Shown piece after piece: positions 52,169 through 60,916 of a stretch of 64,000 nt of DNA. This DNA is from a virus. The notes beneath the pieces are model-generated. The model did no database searches and was not told the DNA's origin. It saw nothing but the letters and a program-made list of their open reading frames with translations. The stretch is from IMG/VR virus record IMGVR_UViG_3300017991_000052, one strand, 5' to 3'. Each line of letters opens with the position of its first letter. Position 1 is the stretch's first letter. The position numbers were made by a program, and so were the translations under genes.

Positions 52169-52548
52169 AAAGATTAGTACAATATAGAATTTGGATTTAT
52201 GAAACAAAACAAATGATTCCACTTCCTCCAATTGGTGAAGAAAAATGTGATGGGCATAGAACTGGATATGCTTCTTATACTGGTAAGTATACAGATATGG
52301 AATGGTTACAAAATACTGGATTACAAGATAAAAATAATGAATATATATATGAAGGAGATATAGTTGAATATGAATTTATTGATGGGCATGGAATAGGGTA
52401 TATAGAATGGATAGATGAAAAAGCAAGATTTGTATGGATTGATATAAAAGATTGCGGAGATGGATATGGGATTCATCAACCAGATAAAAATAGAATGGAA
52501 ATATTAGGTAATATTTATGAACATCCTGAAATGTTAGAAGGAGCATAA
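52165..52548 (+). CDS. YopX family protein
   Basis: Q.TGL.DKN..IYEGDIV...EILGNIYE.PE.LE. Confidence 0.88.
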   Translation: MKRLVQYRIWIYETKQMIPLPPIGEEKCDGHRTGYASYTGKYTDMEWLQNTGLQDKNNEYIYEGDIVEYEFIDGHGIGYIEWIDEKARFVWIDIKDCGDGYGIHQPDKNRMEILGNIYEHPEMLEGA

Positions 52549-53297
52549 TGAATAAAATTCTTATTGGGATGTTAACTTATAATAGAATAGAAATGACGAA
52601 AAAAGCTATAGAAGCTTTATTTAAATGTACAAATCCAATATTTGATTTATATATTTTTGATAATGGGTCTATAGATGGGACTCTTAAATATTTAGAGAGC
52701 CTAAAATATAATTTTAAAGTTCTTAGCCAACCAATTAATATTGGTGTAGCAAAAGGGTTAAATTTTATTCTAGAACATAGAAAACCAGAACAGCACTTTA
52801 TGAAATTAGATAATGATATGGTGTTAGAAACAGATGATAAAGATTGGTTAAATAAAATGTGCGATATTTTAGAAGCTCCTTGGAATGCAAAAACCCCAGA
52901 TCATAAAGATGTTAAATTAGGAGCGCTTGGATTAAAACCTTATAAATTAGTTCCAGAACATAAAAATAAAGTTACAATAAATGGATATACATTAGAACTT
53001 CCACCAGAAGGGACATTAGGATGTGCTACTGTTTGGAAAAATGAAGCTTTAAATAGAATAGGAAAATTTGTTGAAGATTTTGGTACATATGGATATGAAG
53101 ATTCTATTCAAAATACAAGATTAGGAGTTGTTGGATATATTACTGCTTTTTGGCCAGATATAAAAATAGTTCATATAGATCCAGGTGGAGAAACTGATTA
53201 TATGAAATCTAAACATAAAGCTGCAAGAGATAATTATCAAAAATACCTTGAAGTACATAAAGCATTTGTTAATAAAACAAGATCAGTAAAAATATGA
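52548..53297 (+). CDS. Glycosyltransferase family 2 (paralog of 50852)
   Basis: TYNR, DNGS.DGT, QHFMKLDNDMV shared with 50852, YGYED. Confidence 0.88.
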   Translation: MNKILIGMLTYNRIEMTKKAIEALFKCTNPIFDLYIFDNGSIDGTLKYLESLKYNFKVLSQPINIGVAKGLNFILEHRKPEQHFMKLDNDMVLETDDKDWLNKMCDILEAPWNAKTPDHKDVKLGALGLKPYKLVPEHKNKVTINGYTLELPPEGTLGCATVWKNEALNRIGKFVEDFGTYGYEDSIQNTRLGVVGYITAFWPDIKIVHIDPGGETDYMKSKHKAARDNYQKYLEVHKAFVNKTRSVKI

Positions 53298-53647
53298 AGA
53301 AAAAAACTAAAAGAAAATATGATGGATTATTTTTTGAAACAATGTATGATCTTTTAGATCTTTTTGGAAAAACTAATAATAAATGGCATATCTTACTAGT
53401 TGGTAAATGGATCTTTTGGAAATTTAAAGTTAAGTTATTTTTTAAAGATATAGTATACAAATGGAAGAAAAGAAAAAAAAGATAAAAAATTTAATAATGC
53501 GGCCATTAGGTAAGTTGATAAAAAAATATCAACAAAAAATGAAAGCATGTGTATTTTATGAATCTTTTATATATCATAGCCTTGTATATGATTTAGAACA
53601 GGTTATAAAAAAGTATCAAGAAGATTTTGAAAAATGGAGTAAGAATA

Positions 53648-54502
53648 ATGAGTAATGTTATTAGATACTGTCATAAATGCATAAAAGCTGTTGATATAAA
53701 TAATGAAGATCAAGTTGAATATCGATTAATGGGTGAAGGATGGGGAAATCTTAAAGCTTATTATTGCAAAGATTGCGGCACTATAATAGCTGCAACTAGA
53801 TATTGGCCAATGAAAAAGGAGTTGTTAGAATTGGATAAAATTAAATGTGATATTATAATCCCTTCCGGAAAAACATCAGCCCTAACTCAACGTTGTGTCG
53901 ATAGTATTCTACAAAATAATAATGGAATGGATTATGAAATTACTATTGTTGATAATGGTAGTAACCCAAAATTAGAAATTAATCATCCTAAAGTAAAGAT
54001 CTTAAGATATGAAGAAAGTTTATATTTTTCTAAAGCAGTTAATGAGGGAATAATTAATACTAAAAATGAATGGATGGTTATTTTAAATAATGACACCCAG
54101 ATAAAGACAGTTAATTGGCTATATAACTTATATAAATGTTTTAATCATGTCCCCGGCGTTGGTATTGTGTCTCCTATGACTAATTTTATAGCTATTAATG
54201 AAGCTAGATGCCAAAGCATTCAAGAATTGCCACATGAATACAGAGAAGGAACTGTTATAGCTGCAGTATGTTGGTTTACTAATAGAAAAGTATTTGATGA
54301 TATTGGGTTATTTGATGATCAATTTAAAAATTCACATGATGATGCAGATATGTGTGCTAGATTGAGAGAGAAAGGGTACAGAATGTTTATTGACGGATTC
54401 ACTTGGATTCATCATATAGGTAGTCAAAGTGTTATAAGAGTTCCTGGATATGCAAAAGATTTTATGGATAATGCTACTAAATTTAAAAAGAAATGGGGAT
54501 GA
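53648..54502 (+). CDS. GT2 glycosyltransferase with N-terminal Zn ribbon
   Basis: CHKC...CKDC followed by VDNGS, AVN.G, LNND, IGLFDDQF....DD.D...R. Confidence 0.85.
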   Translation: MSNVIRYCHKCIKAVDINNEDQVEYRLMGEGWGNLKAYYCKDCGTIIAATRYWPMKKELLELDKIKCDIIIPSGKTSALTQRCVDSILQNNNGMDYEITIVDNGSNPKLEINHPKVKILRYEESLYFSKAVNEGIINTKNEWMVILNNDTQIKTVNWLYNLYKCFNHVPGVGIVSPMTNFIAINEARCQSIQELPHEYREGTVIAAVCWFTNRKVFDDIGLFDDQFKNSHDDADMCARLREKGYRMFIDGFTWIHHIGSQSVIRVPGYAKDFMDNATKFKKKWG

Positions 54503-54616
54503 ACATGACAGTAGAACCATTATTTGCATTGGGATTTTTGTTTGGAGTTATTTGTGGTATTATTTTAGCGCTTCTTAGTATAGTTGCTGTAGTGAGAAAA
54601 TCATTAGGGACATAAT

Positions 54617-55384
54617 ATGAAAGAAATAGATATAATAGTAGGATATTGTGAAAAAGTTAATAGCACAATAAGGCTTTTAAAAAGCTTAGAAAATATTTAC
54701 ACTAATCATTTGATATTAGTTGATAATGCAACATCAAAAGAAGAAAATGATAAACTAGATAATTATTTAAAAGATAAATGGAAAGATATAACAAAAATTA
54801 GATTAGAAACATTAATTGGTATTCCTGCTACATATAATAAAGCATTAGAGAAAATAAAATATAAATATGCTTTCTTTATTCATAATGATATGGAATTATT
54901 TGATTCAGAATGGCAAAATAAAATGTTTGATTTTATTAATAATAATGAAAGAGTTGGTTTATTAGCTTTAGCGGGGAGACAAACAATTTTAAATTGGGGT
55001 GTAGCAGATGAAGGAACAACAAAACATAATATGCGTCATTTAATTCAAGCAAAAATTCATTATCCAATGAAAGCACCATTTGAAAAAGTTGCAGTGATTG
55101 ATGGTTGTGGTTTTATAATGAATACAGAAATGAATTTAAAATTTGATGAGCGTTATTTAGTGCATCATTATTATGATCTTGATATTTCTATGCAAGTATA
55201 TGAAAGGGGATTTGAATGTTGGGCATGTAATGTCGAATGTGAACATTGGGGTGATATAGAGGGGAGTACTCGGCATGTCAAACAGTATAAGGATGCAATT
55301 AATAATGATTCAGGATTGCTTATAAACAATCGACAAAAATTTGTCGAAAAATGGAAAGGTAAATTACCTTTTAGCGTAAAATAG
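54617..55384 (+). CDS. GT2-like glycosyltransferase
   Basis: LVDN, YN.A, FIHND, VIDG, FDE...H.YD.D.S. Confidence 0.8.
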   Translation: MKEIDIIVGYCEKVNSTIRLLKSLENIYTNHLILVDNATSKEENDKLDNYLKDKWKDITKIRLETLIGIPATYNKALEKIKYKYAFFIHNDMELFDSEWQNKMFDFINNNERVGLLALAGRQTILNWGVADEGTTKHNMRHLIQAKIHYPMKAPFEKVAVIDGCGFIMNTEMNLKFDERYLVHHYYDLDISMQVYERGFECWACNVECEHWGDIEGSTRHVKQYKDAINNDSGLLINNRQKFVEKWKGKLPFSVK

Positions 55385-55402
55385 TTTTTTAAACTAAAAA
55401 AA

Positions 55403-55413
55403 TGTGATATAAT
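55403..55413 (+). promoter_or_regulatory. Extended -10 promoter
   Basis: TGTGATATAAT in an intergenic gap; no good -35. Confidence 0.45.
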
Positions 55414-55437
55414 ACCAAACTTCTGAAAGGGGTTTTT

Positions 55438-55947
55438 ATGAGACTGAACGAGTATGCAGGATTTGTAGAAGTTGATACAGAATTTAATTATGAAGCCCGC
55501 GTAGAAATTTATGATTCTATAGATATTCCACAATATATAATTGATATAGAAAACGAATATGACCAGTTAATGGAAGAACAAAATTATGTTTTAGCTCAGG
55601 GGGAATATGATCGTTTTACTGCAAAGTGGGCAAGAGTACACGATTGGTTTTCAATGAAGAGATCTCAATCAGAATATTTAGTTGCATTAATTGAATCTCA
55701 AATAGAAGAAATGAAAACCCAAGGAAGAATAGAGGCTCCACAGCAACGTAAATCATTAAGAGATAAAGAAAGGTGGTTAGAAGAAACTAATACAGAATTT
55801 AGTAAATTAAAAAAACTTTTACCAAGAGCAAAAGGTTATCATGGATTTTTTATTAATAAATTAGAAAGTGTAAAGATAAAACATTATAATTGTAAATCAA
55901 TGAGCAGATCAATTGATGGCGATAGGGGAATTGAAAGTCATCCATGA
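55438..55947 (+). CDS. Helical hypothetical protein (possibly UvsY-like)
   Basis: Coiled-coil character only. Confidence 0.4.
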   Translation: MRLNEYAGFVEVDTEFNYEARVEIYDSIDIPQYIIDIENEYDQLMEEQNYVLAQGEYDRFTAKWARVHDWFSMKRSQSEYLVALIESQIEEMKTQGRIEAPQQRKSLRDKERWLEETNTEFSKLKKLLPRAKGYHGFFINKLESVKIKHYNCKSMSRSIDGDRGIESHP

Positions 55948-56144
55948 ATACACAGTTAAAAGAAAAAATAGCACTCGAGCTTGAACCATATATTGATGAG
56001 TGGTTCGCGAGAATTAAAAAAGTAAAAGATAAAAAAGGATTTGCAACAATCCAATTAAACGCAAAGGCTATAATACAAGATGGAAAAGTAACTCAATTAA
56101 CTTTTAATGATGAACATTTAAAAATCAAGGAGGAAGATGCATGA
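55944..56144 (+). CDS. Hypothetical protein
   Basis: Coupled ORF. Confidence 0.5.
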   Translation: MNTQLKEKIALELEPYIDEWFARIKKVKDKKGFATIQLNAKAIIQDGKVTQLTFNDEHLKIKEEDA

Positions 56145-56359
56145 TCACTATTTATACTTTACCTGGTTGCGGGAAATGTACTGATATAAAAAAAATAATG
56201 AAAAGTAAAAAAATAGAATTTGAAGAAATTGATATGAGTAATCCAGATAATTTAACTGATTTAGTTATAGAGGGCATTGATATTTCTCATGCTCCAATTA
56301 TAAAAAAAGATGGTAAATTTATAACGAGCAAACAAGGAATATTTAAAGAATTAACATAA
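56141..56359 (+). CDS. Glutaredoxin/NrdH-like redoxin
   Basis: IYT.PGCGKC...API. Confidence 0.85.
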   Translation: MITIYTLPGCGKCTDIKKIMKSKKIEFEEIDMSNPDNLTDLVIEGIDISHAPIIKKDGKFITSKQGIFKELT

Positions 56360-56368
56360 GGAGAAATA

Positions 56369-58582
56369 ATGCCCAAAAAACTTAAAGTCGTTAAAAAACA
56401 ACGAAAAACATCAGATACCACAGATTTATCTTTAAATGTCGAATCTCTTTCAGAATATGAAATGATTACCGAATGGGATAGAGAACGTGTTGTTGAAAGT
56501 TTAAAAAAGGAAGCCAATATTGGAGAAAAATTAGCAAATAAAATTGCTGATACAATTGAAGATAAATTATTAAAATTAGAAGTCAAAAAAGTAACAACAG
56601 ATTTTATTAGATCTTTGATAGATGAAGAATTATTGATAAGAGGCGAAAAGAAAAAATTATTAAAACAAAAATCTCTTTCAATACCTACTTATGATTTAGA
56701 ACAATCTCTTTTTAGTAAAACAAATGAGAATAGTAATGTTCAGGCAAATAATCCTGAAGCAGTTAATATGTTTATTGCTGAAAGCGTTTTAAAACAATAT
56801 GCTTTAAACAGAGTATTTTCACAAGAAGTATCTAATGCTCATTTAGAAGGGGAAGTACATATTCATGATCTTGGGTATATAACAAGAACATATTGTAGTT
56901 CTCATAGTTTAGAATATATAAAAAAGTATGGATTAAATCTTATTAATCTTTCAACTAAATCTGCTCCACCAAAACATGCATTAACTTTAACTGGTCATCT
57001 TAATACTTTTTTAGCAAGTATACAAGCTTATTATGCGGGAGCACTTGGGTTAGGATTTTTAAATATTTTTTATGCACCATTATTAATTGGAATGGGGATA
57101 AAAGAATTAAAACAACAAGCTCAATATTTGATTTTTAGTTGTTCACAAAATGCATTTAGTCGCGGTGGACAAACCTTATTTATTGATTTTAATATTCATT
57201 TAGGAATACCAACTACTTTAAGAAATGTTCCTGCTATTGTAAGAGAAGGTAAATATTGCAATGAGATTATAATTGAAGATGATCATTTTAATGAATATTG
57301 TAAAGATGAAAAAGGATATCGAAGAGTAATGAGAGATGAAGAATCATTTCGTCGTGATTGTTGGATTTTGACTCCCGAAAGAAGAGAATTAACTCATGAA
57401 GAGATTTTAAAATATTATGAGTTATTTCCATTAAGTTATACGCCAACTGAGACAATGGCTGATTTAATAAGACAAAAAAAATATAGAGTAAAATTATTAA
57501 CTTATGATGATTTTGAAGTTCAAGCTAGAGCTTTTGCATTAGCATTAATGAAAGTATGGCATGAAGGGGATTTTAATGGAAGTATTTTTCCATTTCCTAA
57601 ATTTGATTTACATATAAATCAAGAATGTTACGATAATCAAATTCAACGCGATGCTTTAATGTATGCATGTGAAATGGCAGCAGATAAAGGAATTCCATAT
57701 TTCTTTTTTGATAGAAGTGAAACCCAACTTGCTCAATGTTGTAGATTAAGGGAGACAGTTAATGATATGAGTATGTTAGAAATGCCTGAAAAATTAAGAT
57801 TTACTGGATTTCAAAATGTTACTATTAATTTACCTCAATGTGCTTATCGAGCAAAAGGTGATCTAAAGAAGACTATTGAAGAAATTAAATATTGTATGGA
57901 TATTGCCATGAAAGCGCATGAACAAAAAAGAAAATTTATACAAGCTTTAATGGAAGATGAACATCGACCAATGTGGCAAGTTGGTAAAATTTCATTAGAT
58001 GGTGAAAGATATGTAAATTTAGATAAAGCTACTTATATTATTGGAGTAATTGGATTAAATGAATGTGTGAAAAAAATAATAGGTAGCCAATTACATGAAT
58101 CAGATGAAGCATATAAAATGGGTATACAAATTATTTCTCATATGTATTCTTATACTAAAAATTTAGCTAAAGAATATGAAATGAAAGTTGTTTTAGAAGA
58201 ATCACCAGCTGAAAGTGCGGCTGCGAGATTGGCAAAAATTGATGTAGTTAAATATGAAGAAGCTAAAGATTATGTTAAAGGAAATCAAGAAAATGGAGAT
58301 ATATATTACTCCAATTCTGTTCATTTTGCAGCAGAAGCAGACATTGATATTTTAGAAAGAATTGAAAAACAGGGGAAATTTCATCAATTGATTGAAGCTG
58401 GGGCTATTACTCATGTTTTCTTAGGGGAACAAAGACCAACTAAAGAAGCTATTTTTAATTTAATAGAAAAAACATGGAGTAATACACAAACTGCGCAATT
58501 AACTATAAGCCCAGAATTAATTGTATGTCATGATTGTGGAAGAATAACAAGGGGATTTTCATCTGAAGACGAAGAAGAATAA
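56369..58582 (+). CDS. nrdD: Class III anaerobic ribonucleotide reductase, large fragment (ATP cone; lacks the glycyl-radical tail)
   Basis: NENSN, H..G..HIHDL, RGGQ, FPK, QCCRL, VTINLP, EESPAES, YYSNS; ends after the first CxxC. Confidence 0.9.
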   Translation: MPKKLKVVKKQRKTSDTTDLSLNVESLSEYEMITEWDRERVVESLKKEANIGEKLANKIADTIEDKLLKLEVKKVTTDFIRSLIDEELLIRGEKKKLLKQKSLSIPTYDLEQSLFSKTNENSNVQANNPEAVNMFIAESVLKQYALNRVFSQEVSNAHLEGEVHIHDLGYITRTYCSSHSLEYIKKYGLNLINLSTKSAPPKHALTLTGHLNTFLASIQAYYAGALGLGFLNIFYAPLLIGMGIKELKQQAQYLIFSCSQNAFSRGGQTLFIDFNIHLGIPTTLRNVPAIVREGKYCNEIIIEDDHFNEYCKDEKGYRRVMRDEESFRRDCWILTPERRELTHEEILKYYELFPLSYTPTETMADLIRQKKYRVKLLTYDDFEVQARAFALALMKVWHEGDFNGSIFPFPKFDLHINQECYDNQIQRDALMYACEMAADKGIPYFFFDRSETQLAQCCRLRETVNDMSMLEMPEKLRFTGFQNVTINLPQCAYRAKGDLKKTIEEIKYCMDIAMKAHEQKRKFIQALMEDEHRPMWQVGKISLDGERYVNLDKATYIIGVIGLNECVKKIIGSQLHESDEAYKMGIQIISHMYSYTKNLAKEYEMKVVLEESPAESAAARLAKIDVVKYEEAKDYVKGNQENGDIYYSNSVHFAAEADIDILERIEKQGKFHQLIEAGAITHVFLGEQRPTKEAIFNLIEKTWSNTQTAQLTISPELIVCHDCGRITRGFSSEDEEE

Positions 58583-58607
58583 AAAAAAAAATATGGGGGT
58601 GAAATAA

Positions 58608-58748
58608 ATGGTAAAATGTAAGGAATGCGGATCAACAAATGTGAGTTTATTTACAAGAATTGTAGGATATTTTAGTAATATTAAAGTTTGGAATAAGTCA
58701 AAGAAAGAAGAATTAAATGCAAGACAAAAAGGGAATTATAAGTTGTAA
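58608..58748 (+). CDS. Stand-alone NrdD C-terminal glycyl-radical domain (46 aa; not in ORF track)
   Basis: MVKCKECGSTNVSLFTRIVGYFSNIKVWNKSKKEELNARQKGNYKL; own SD GGGGGTGA. Confidence 0.88.
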   Translation: MVKCKECGSTNVSLFTRIVGYFSNIKVWNKSKKEELNARQKGNYKL

Positions 58749-58906
58749 TGCACGATATGATTTACCTCGCAATGGTAGTATTATTATTACTAGGGGTAAT
58801 TTTGTATACAATTGTAGAAGCTTTTTGGAGCGGATCAATATGTTTTACTCTGTATGTAATTCTTCTATTTGTAAGTAAATTTATAAAAAAATAAAGAGGT
58901 GCTAGA

Positions 58907-59452
58907 ATGGCTGTGTTAGAAAAAGAAATAAATATGATTGAAGATGAAGAAATTAGGGAAAATACAAGAAAAATATTAAGTAAATATGAAGAAAAGATAA
59001 AAACACAGCCAACTAGTCTTAGTGGTAAGTATCATAAAAGTGATCCAATTGTAGAGATTCATTTGAAACGGGCTTTTTGGTTTGTTGTTGAATTATGTAG
59101 AGAATTTAAAATTGAAGATATTCAAAAAGATATTTTATTTTCAGCTATTTTATTACACGATATAGGTGTTTATGAATATGCTCATAAGGGGAATGTTGAA
59201 GGATGTATTGCATATTTCCCTGAAACTGGATGGTGTAAAATGAAAGATTCGTCAACACATCCATTAGATGGACAACTATTAATTGCTCAAACTCCTTTTA
59301 AATATTCTGATAAAATAGGTAAATTAATATCTGAACATATGAGTCATTGGTATAGAGGGATATCTCCAGAACCAGATTGTTTATGTAGTTATATTATTTG
59401 CATCGCTGATTATTTAGCTTCAAGAGAAAGCATAAAAATAGAGGGGATCTAA
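58907..59452 (+). CDS. HD-domain phosphohydrolase
   Basis: S.SGKYH...H...LLHDIG...H...HM...ADY. Confidence 0.8.
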   Translation: MAVLEKEINMIEDEEIRENTRKILSKYEEKIKTQPTSLSGKYHKSDPIVEIHLKRAFWFVVELCREFKIEDIQKDILFSAILLHDIGVYEYAHKGNVEGCIAYFPETGWCKMKDSSTHPLDGQLLIAQTPFKYSDKIGKLISEHMSHWYRGISPEPDCLCSYIICIADYLASRESIKIEGI

Positions 59453-60133
59453 ATGGAAATAAAAGGTTGGCATAAAGTAAGTCTCATTGATTATCCGGAA
59501 AAAGTAAGTACTTTAATATTCACTTATGGATGTAATTTAAGATGTCCTTATTGTCATAATCCGGAATTAGTTTTAAAGCGTTATAAAAAGCATTTACAAA
59601 ATATAAAGGAATGTGATATAATAGAATTTATTAAAAAGAAGAATGCAAACAAAAAATGGATTGATGGAATTTCTATATGCGGAGGGGAACCAACAATCCA
59701 AAATGATTTAATAAACTTCTGTAAAAAAATTAAAGATGAATTGGGGATAAAAATAAAGATAGATACAAACGGAACGAATCCCACTGTATTAAAAAAATTA
59801 ATAGATAATAAATTGGTTGATTATATTGCTATGGATGTAAAAGTTGATTTATTAAAAGATAAGAAATACAAAAAAAGTGTCGAATTAGTAAAAGAAATGA
59901 AAGATTATGAATTTAGGTTAACAGTTGTTCCTAAATTAATAACAGAAGAAAATATTGAAAAGATCATTGAAAATTTTAAAAATGCTAAAAGATTTTATTT
60001 GCAGAAATTTGAAAAGAGAGGCAATTTATTAAGTAATAGTTATAAAAATATAACCAATTATAAGAAAAATGATTTAGAAAAGATGTGTAAAAAAATAAGT
60101 AAATATTTTAAGAAATGCGAGGTACGGGGGTAA
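59453..60133 (+). CDS. nrdG: Anaerobic RNR activating enzyme (radical SAM)
   Basis: SLIDYP, GCNLRCPYCHNP, GGEPT, DTNG, YIAMDVK. Confidence 0.9.
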   Translation: MEIKGWHKVSLIDYPEKVSTLIFTYGCNLRCPYCHNPELVLKRYKKHLQNIKECDIIEFIKKKNANKKWIDGISICGGEPTIQNDLINFCKKIKDELGIKIKIDTNGTNPTVLKKLIDNKLVDYIAMDVKVDLLKDKKYKKSVELVKEMKDYEFRLTVVPKLITEENIEKIIENFKNAKRFYLQKFEKRGNLLSNSYKNITNYKKNDLEKMCKKISKYFKKCEVRG

Positions 60134-60609
60134 TGAAAGCAATAGTTGTCGACATAGATGGAACAATTGCAGATGACAGCAAAAGATTTGAACTCGCTAA
60201 AAATGATAATTATGATGAGAAAGAAGATAATAGTAGAACAGATTATACCGGGATTAATTGGGATAAATACTTTGATGAGATATTAATGTTTAAAGATAAA
60301 CCAAATATAGTTTTAAAAGAGAAAATTGTACAGTATAATAATAATGGTAATAAGATTGTATATTTGACTGGAAGAATGGGAAAACATAGAAATGTAACAG
60401 AGGCATGGCTCGACAAGCATAATTTCCCAAAAGGATTGCTTGTCATGAGAGATAATGGGAATTATGAACATGCCTATGATTATAAGACTAAGAAATTAAA
60501 AAATATAGTACAAATGTATGATGTTGTACATGCTTATGGTGATCGAGATGATGATATACAGGCGTATAAGGATTTTAAAATTCCTTGTACATTAATTAAA
60601 TTCGAATAA
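60133..60609 (+). CDS. HAD phosphatase (T4 PNK 3'-phosphatase-like)
   Basis: DIDGT, LTGR, T..WL, MR, K, GDR..D. Confidence 0.85.
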   Translation: MKAIVVDIDGTIADDSKRFELAKNDNYDEKEDNSRTDYTGINWDKYFDEILMFKDKPNIVLKEKIVQYNNNGNKIVYLTGRMGKHRNVTEAWLDKHNFPKGLLVMRDNGNYEHAYDYKTKKLKNIVQMYDVVHAYGDRDDDIQAYKDFKIPCTLIKFE

Positions 60610-60626
60610 GAGGAGGTGAGTAAAGT

Positions 60627-60842
60627 ATGGCGAATGTACGTTTCTACAGACTAGGCGGAGATCCAGTTGACACAGAAATCACAGAGAAGATGACAGTTAG
60701 AGCAGCACTGAAAAAGAGTGGAATCAAGTACCAAGAAGGTGATGAAATCCGGGTACAGAACAGCAAAGTTGATTTAGACACAATGATCACTCCTGATCAG
60801 GCACAGTTTGTTACTGCGATCCCGAAAGTACGAGGAGGTTAA
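60627..60842 (+). CDS. Ubiquitin-like (beta-grasp) protein
   Basis: 71 aa, beta-grasp pattern (TV..AL...G, IRV....VD.D...I), C-terminal VRGG; strong SD AGGAGGTGA. Confidence 0.88.
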   Translation: MANVRFYRLGGDPVDTEITEKMTVRAALKKSGIKYQEGDEIRVQNSKVDLDTMITPDQAQFVTAIPKVRGG

Positions 60843-60848
60843 TGAGGG

Positions 60849-60900
60849 TAATATATTGGGGGGGGTGGAACCCTTATTAGCACACCCCCTTAATATATTA
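60849..60900 (+). promoter_or_regulatory. Long intergenic hairpin after the Ubl gene
   Basis: TAATATATTGGGGGGGGTG / CACACCCCCTTAATATATTA, stem of about 19 bp with G-U pairs. Confidence 0.7.
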
Positions 60901-60916
60901 TAAAAAGGAGAAAAAT

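Noticed and set aside
57240-57500. Intein in NrdD (also checked DnaE, DnaB, RecA)
   Set aside because: No C/S...HN-C/S/T splice junctions or LAGLIDADG motifs, and protein sizes are normal.
58580-58607. A11 homopolymer as a frameshift or sequencing error splitting nrdD
   Set aside because: Stop codons lie both at the start of the run and in frame just before the small ORF, which has its own SD.
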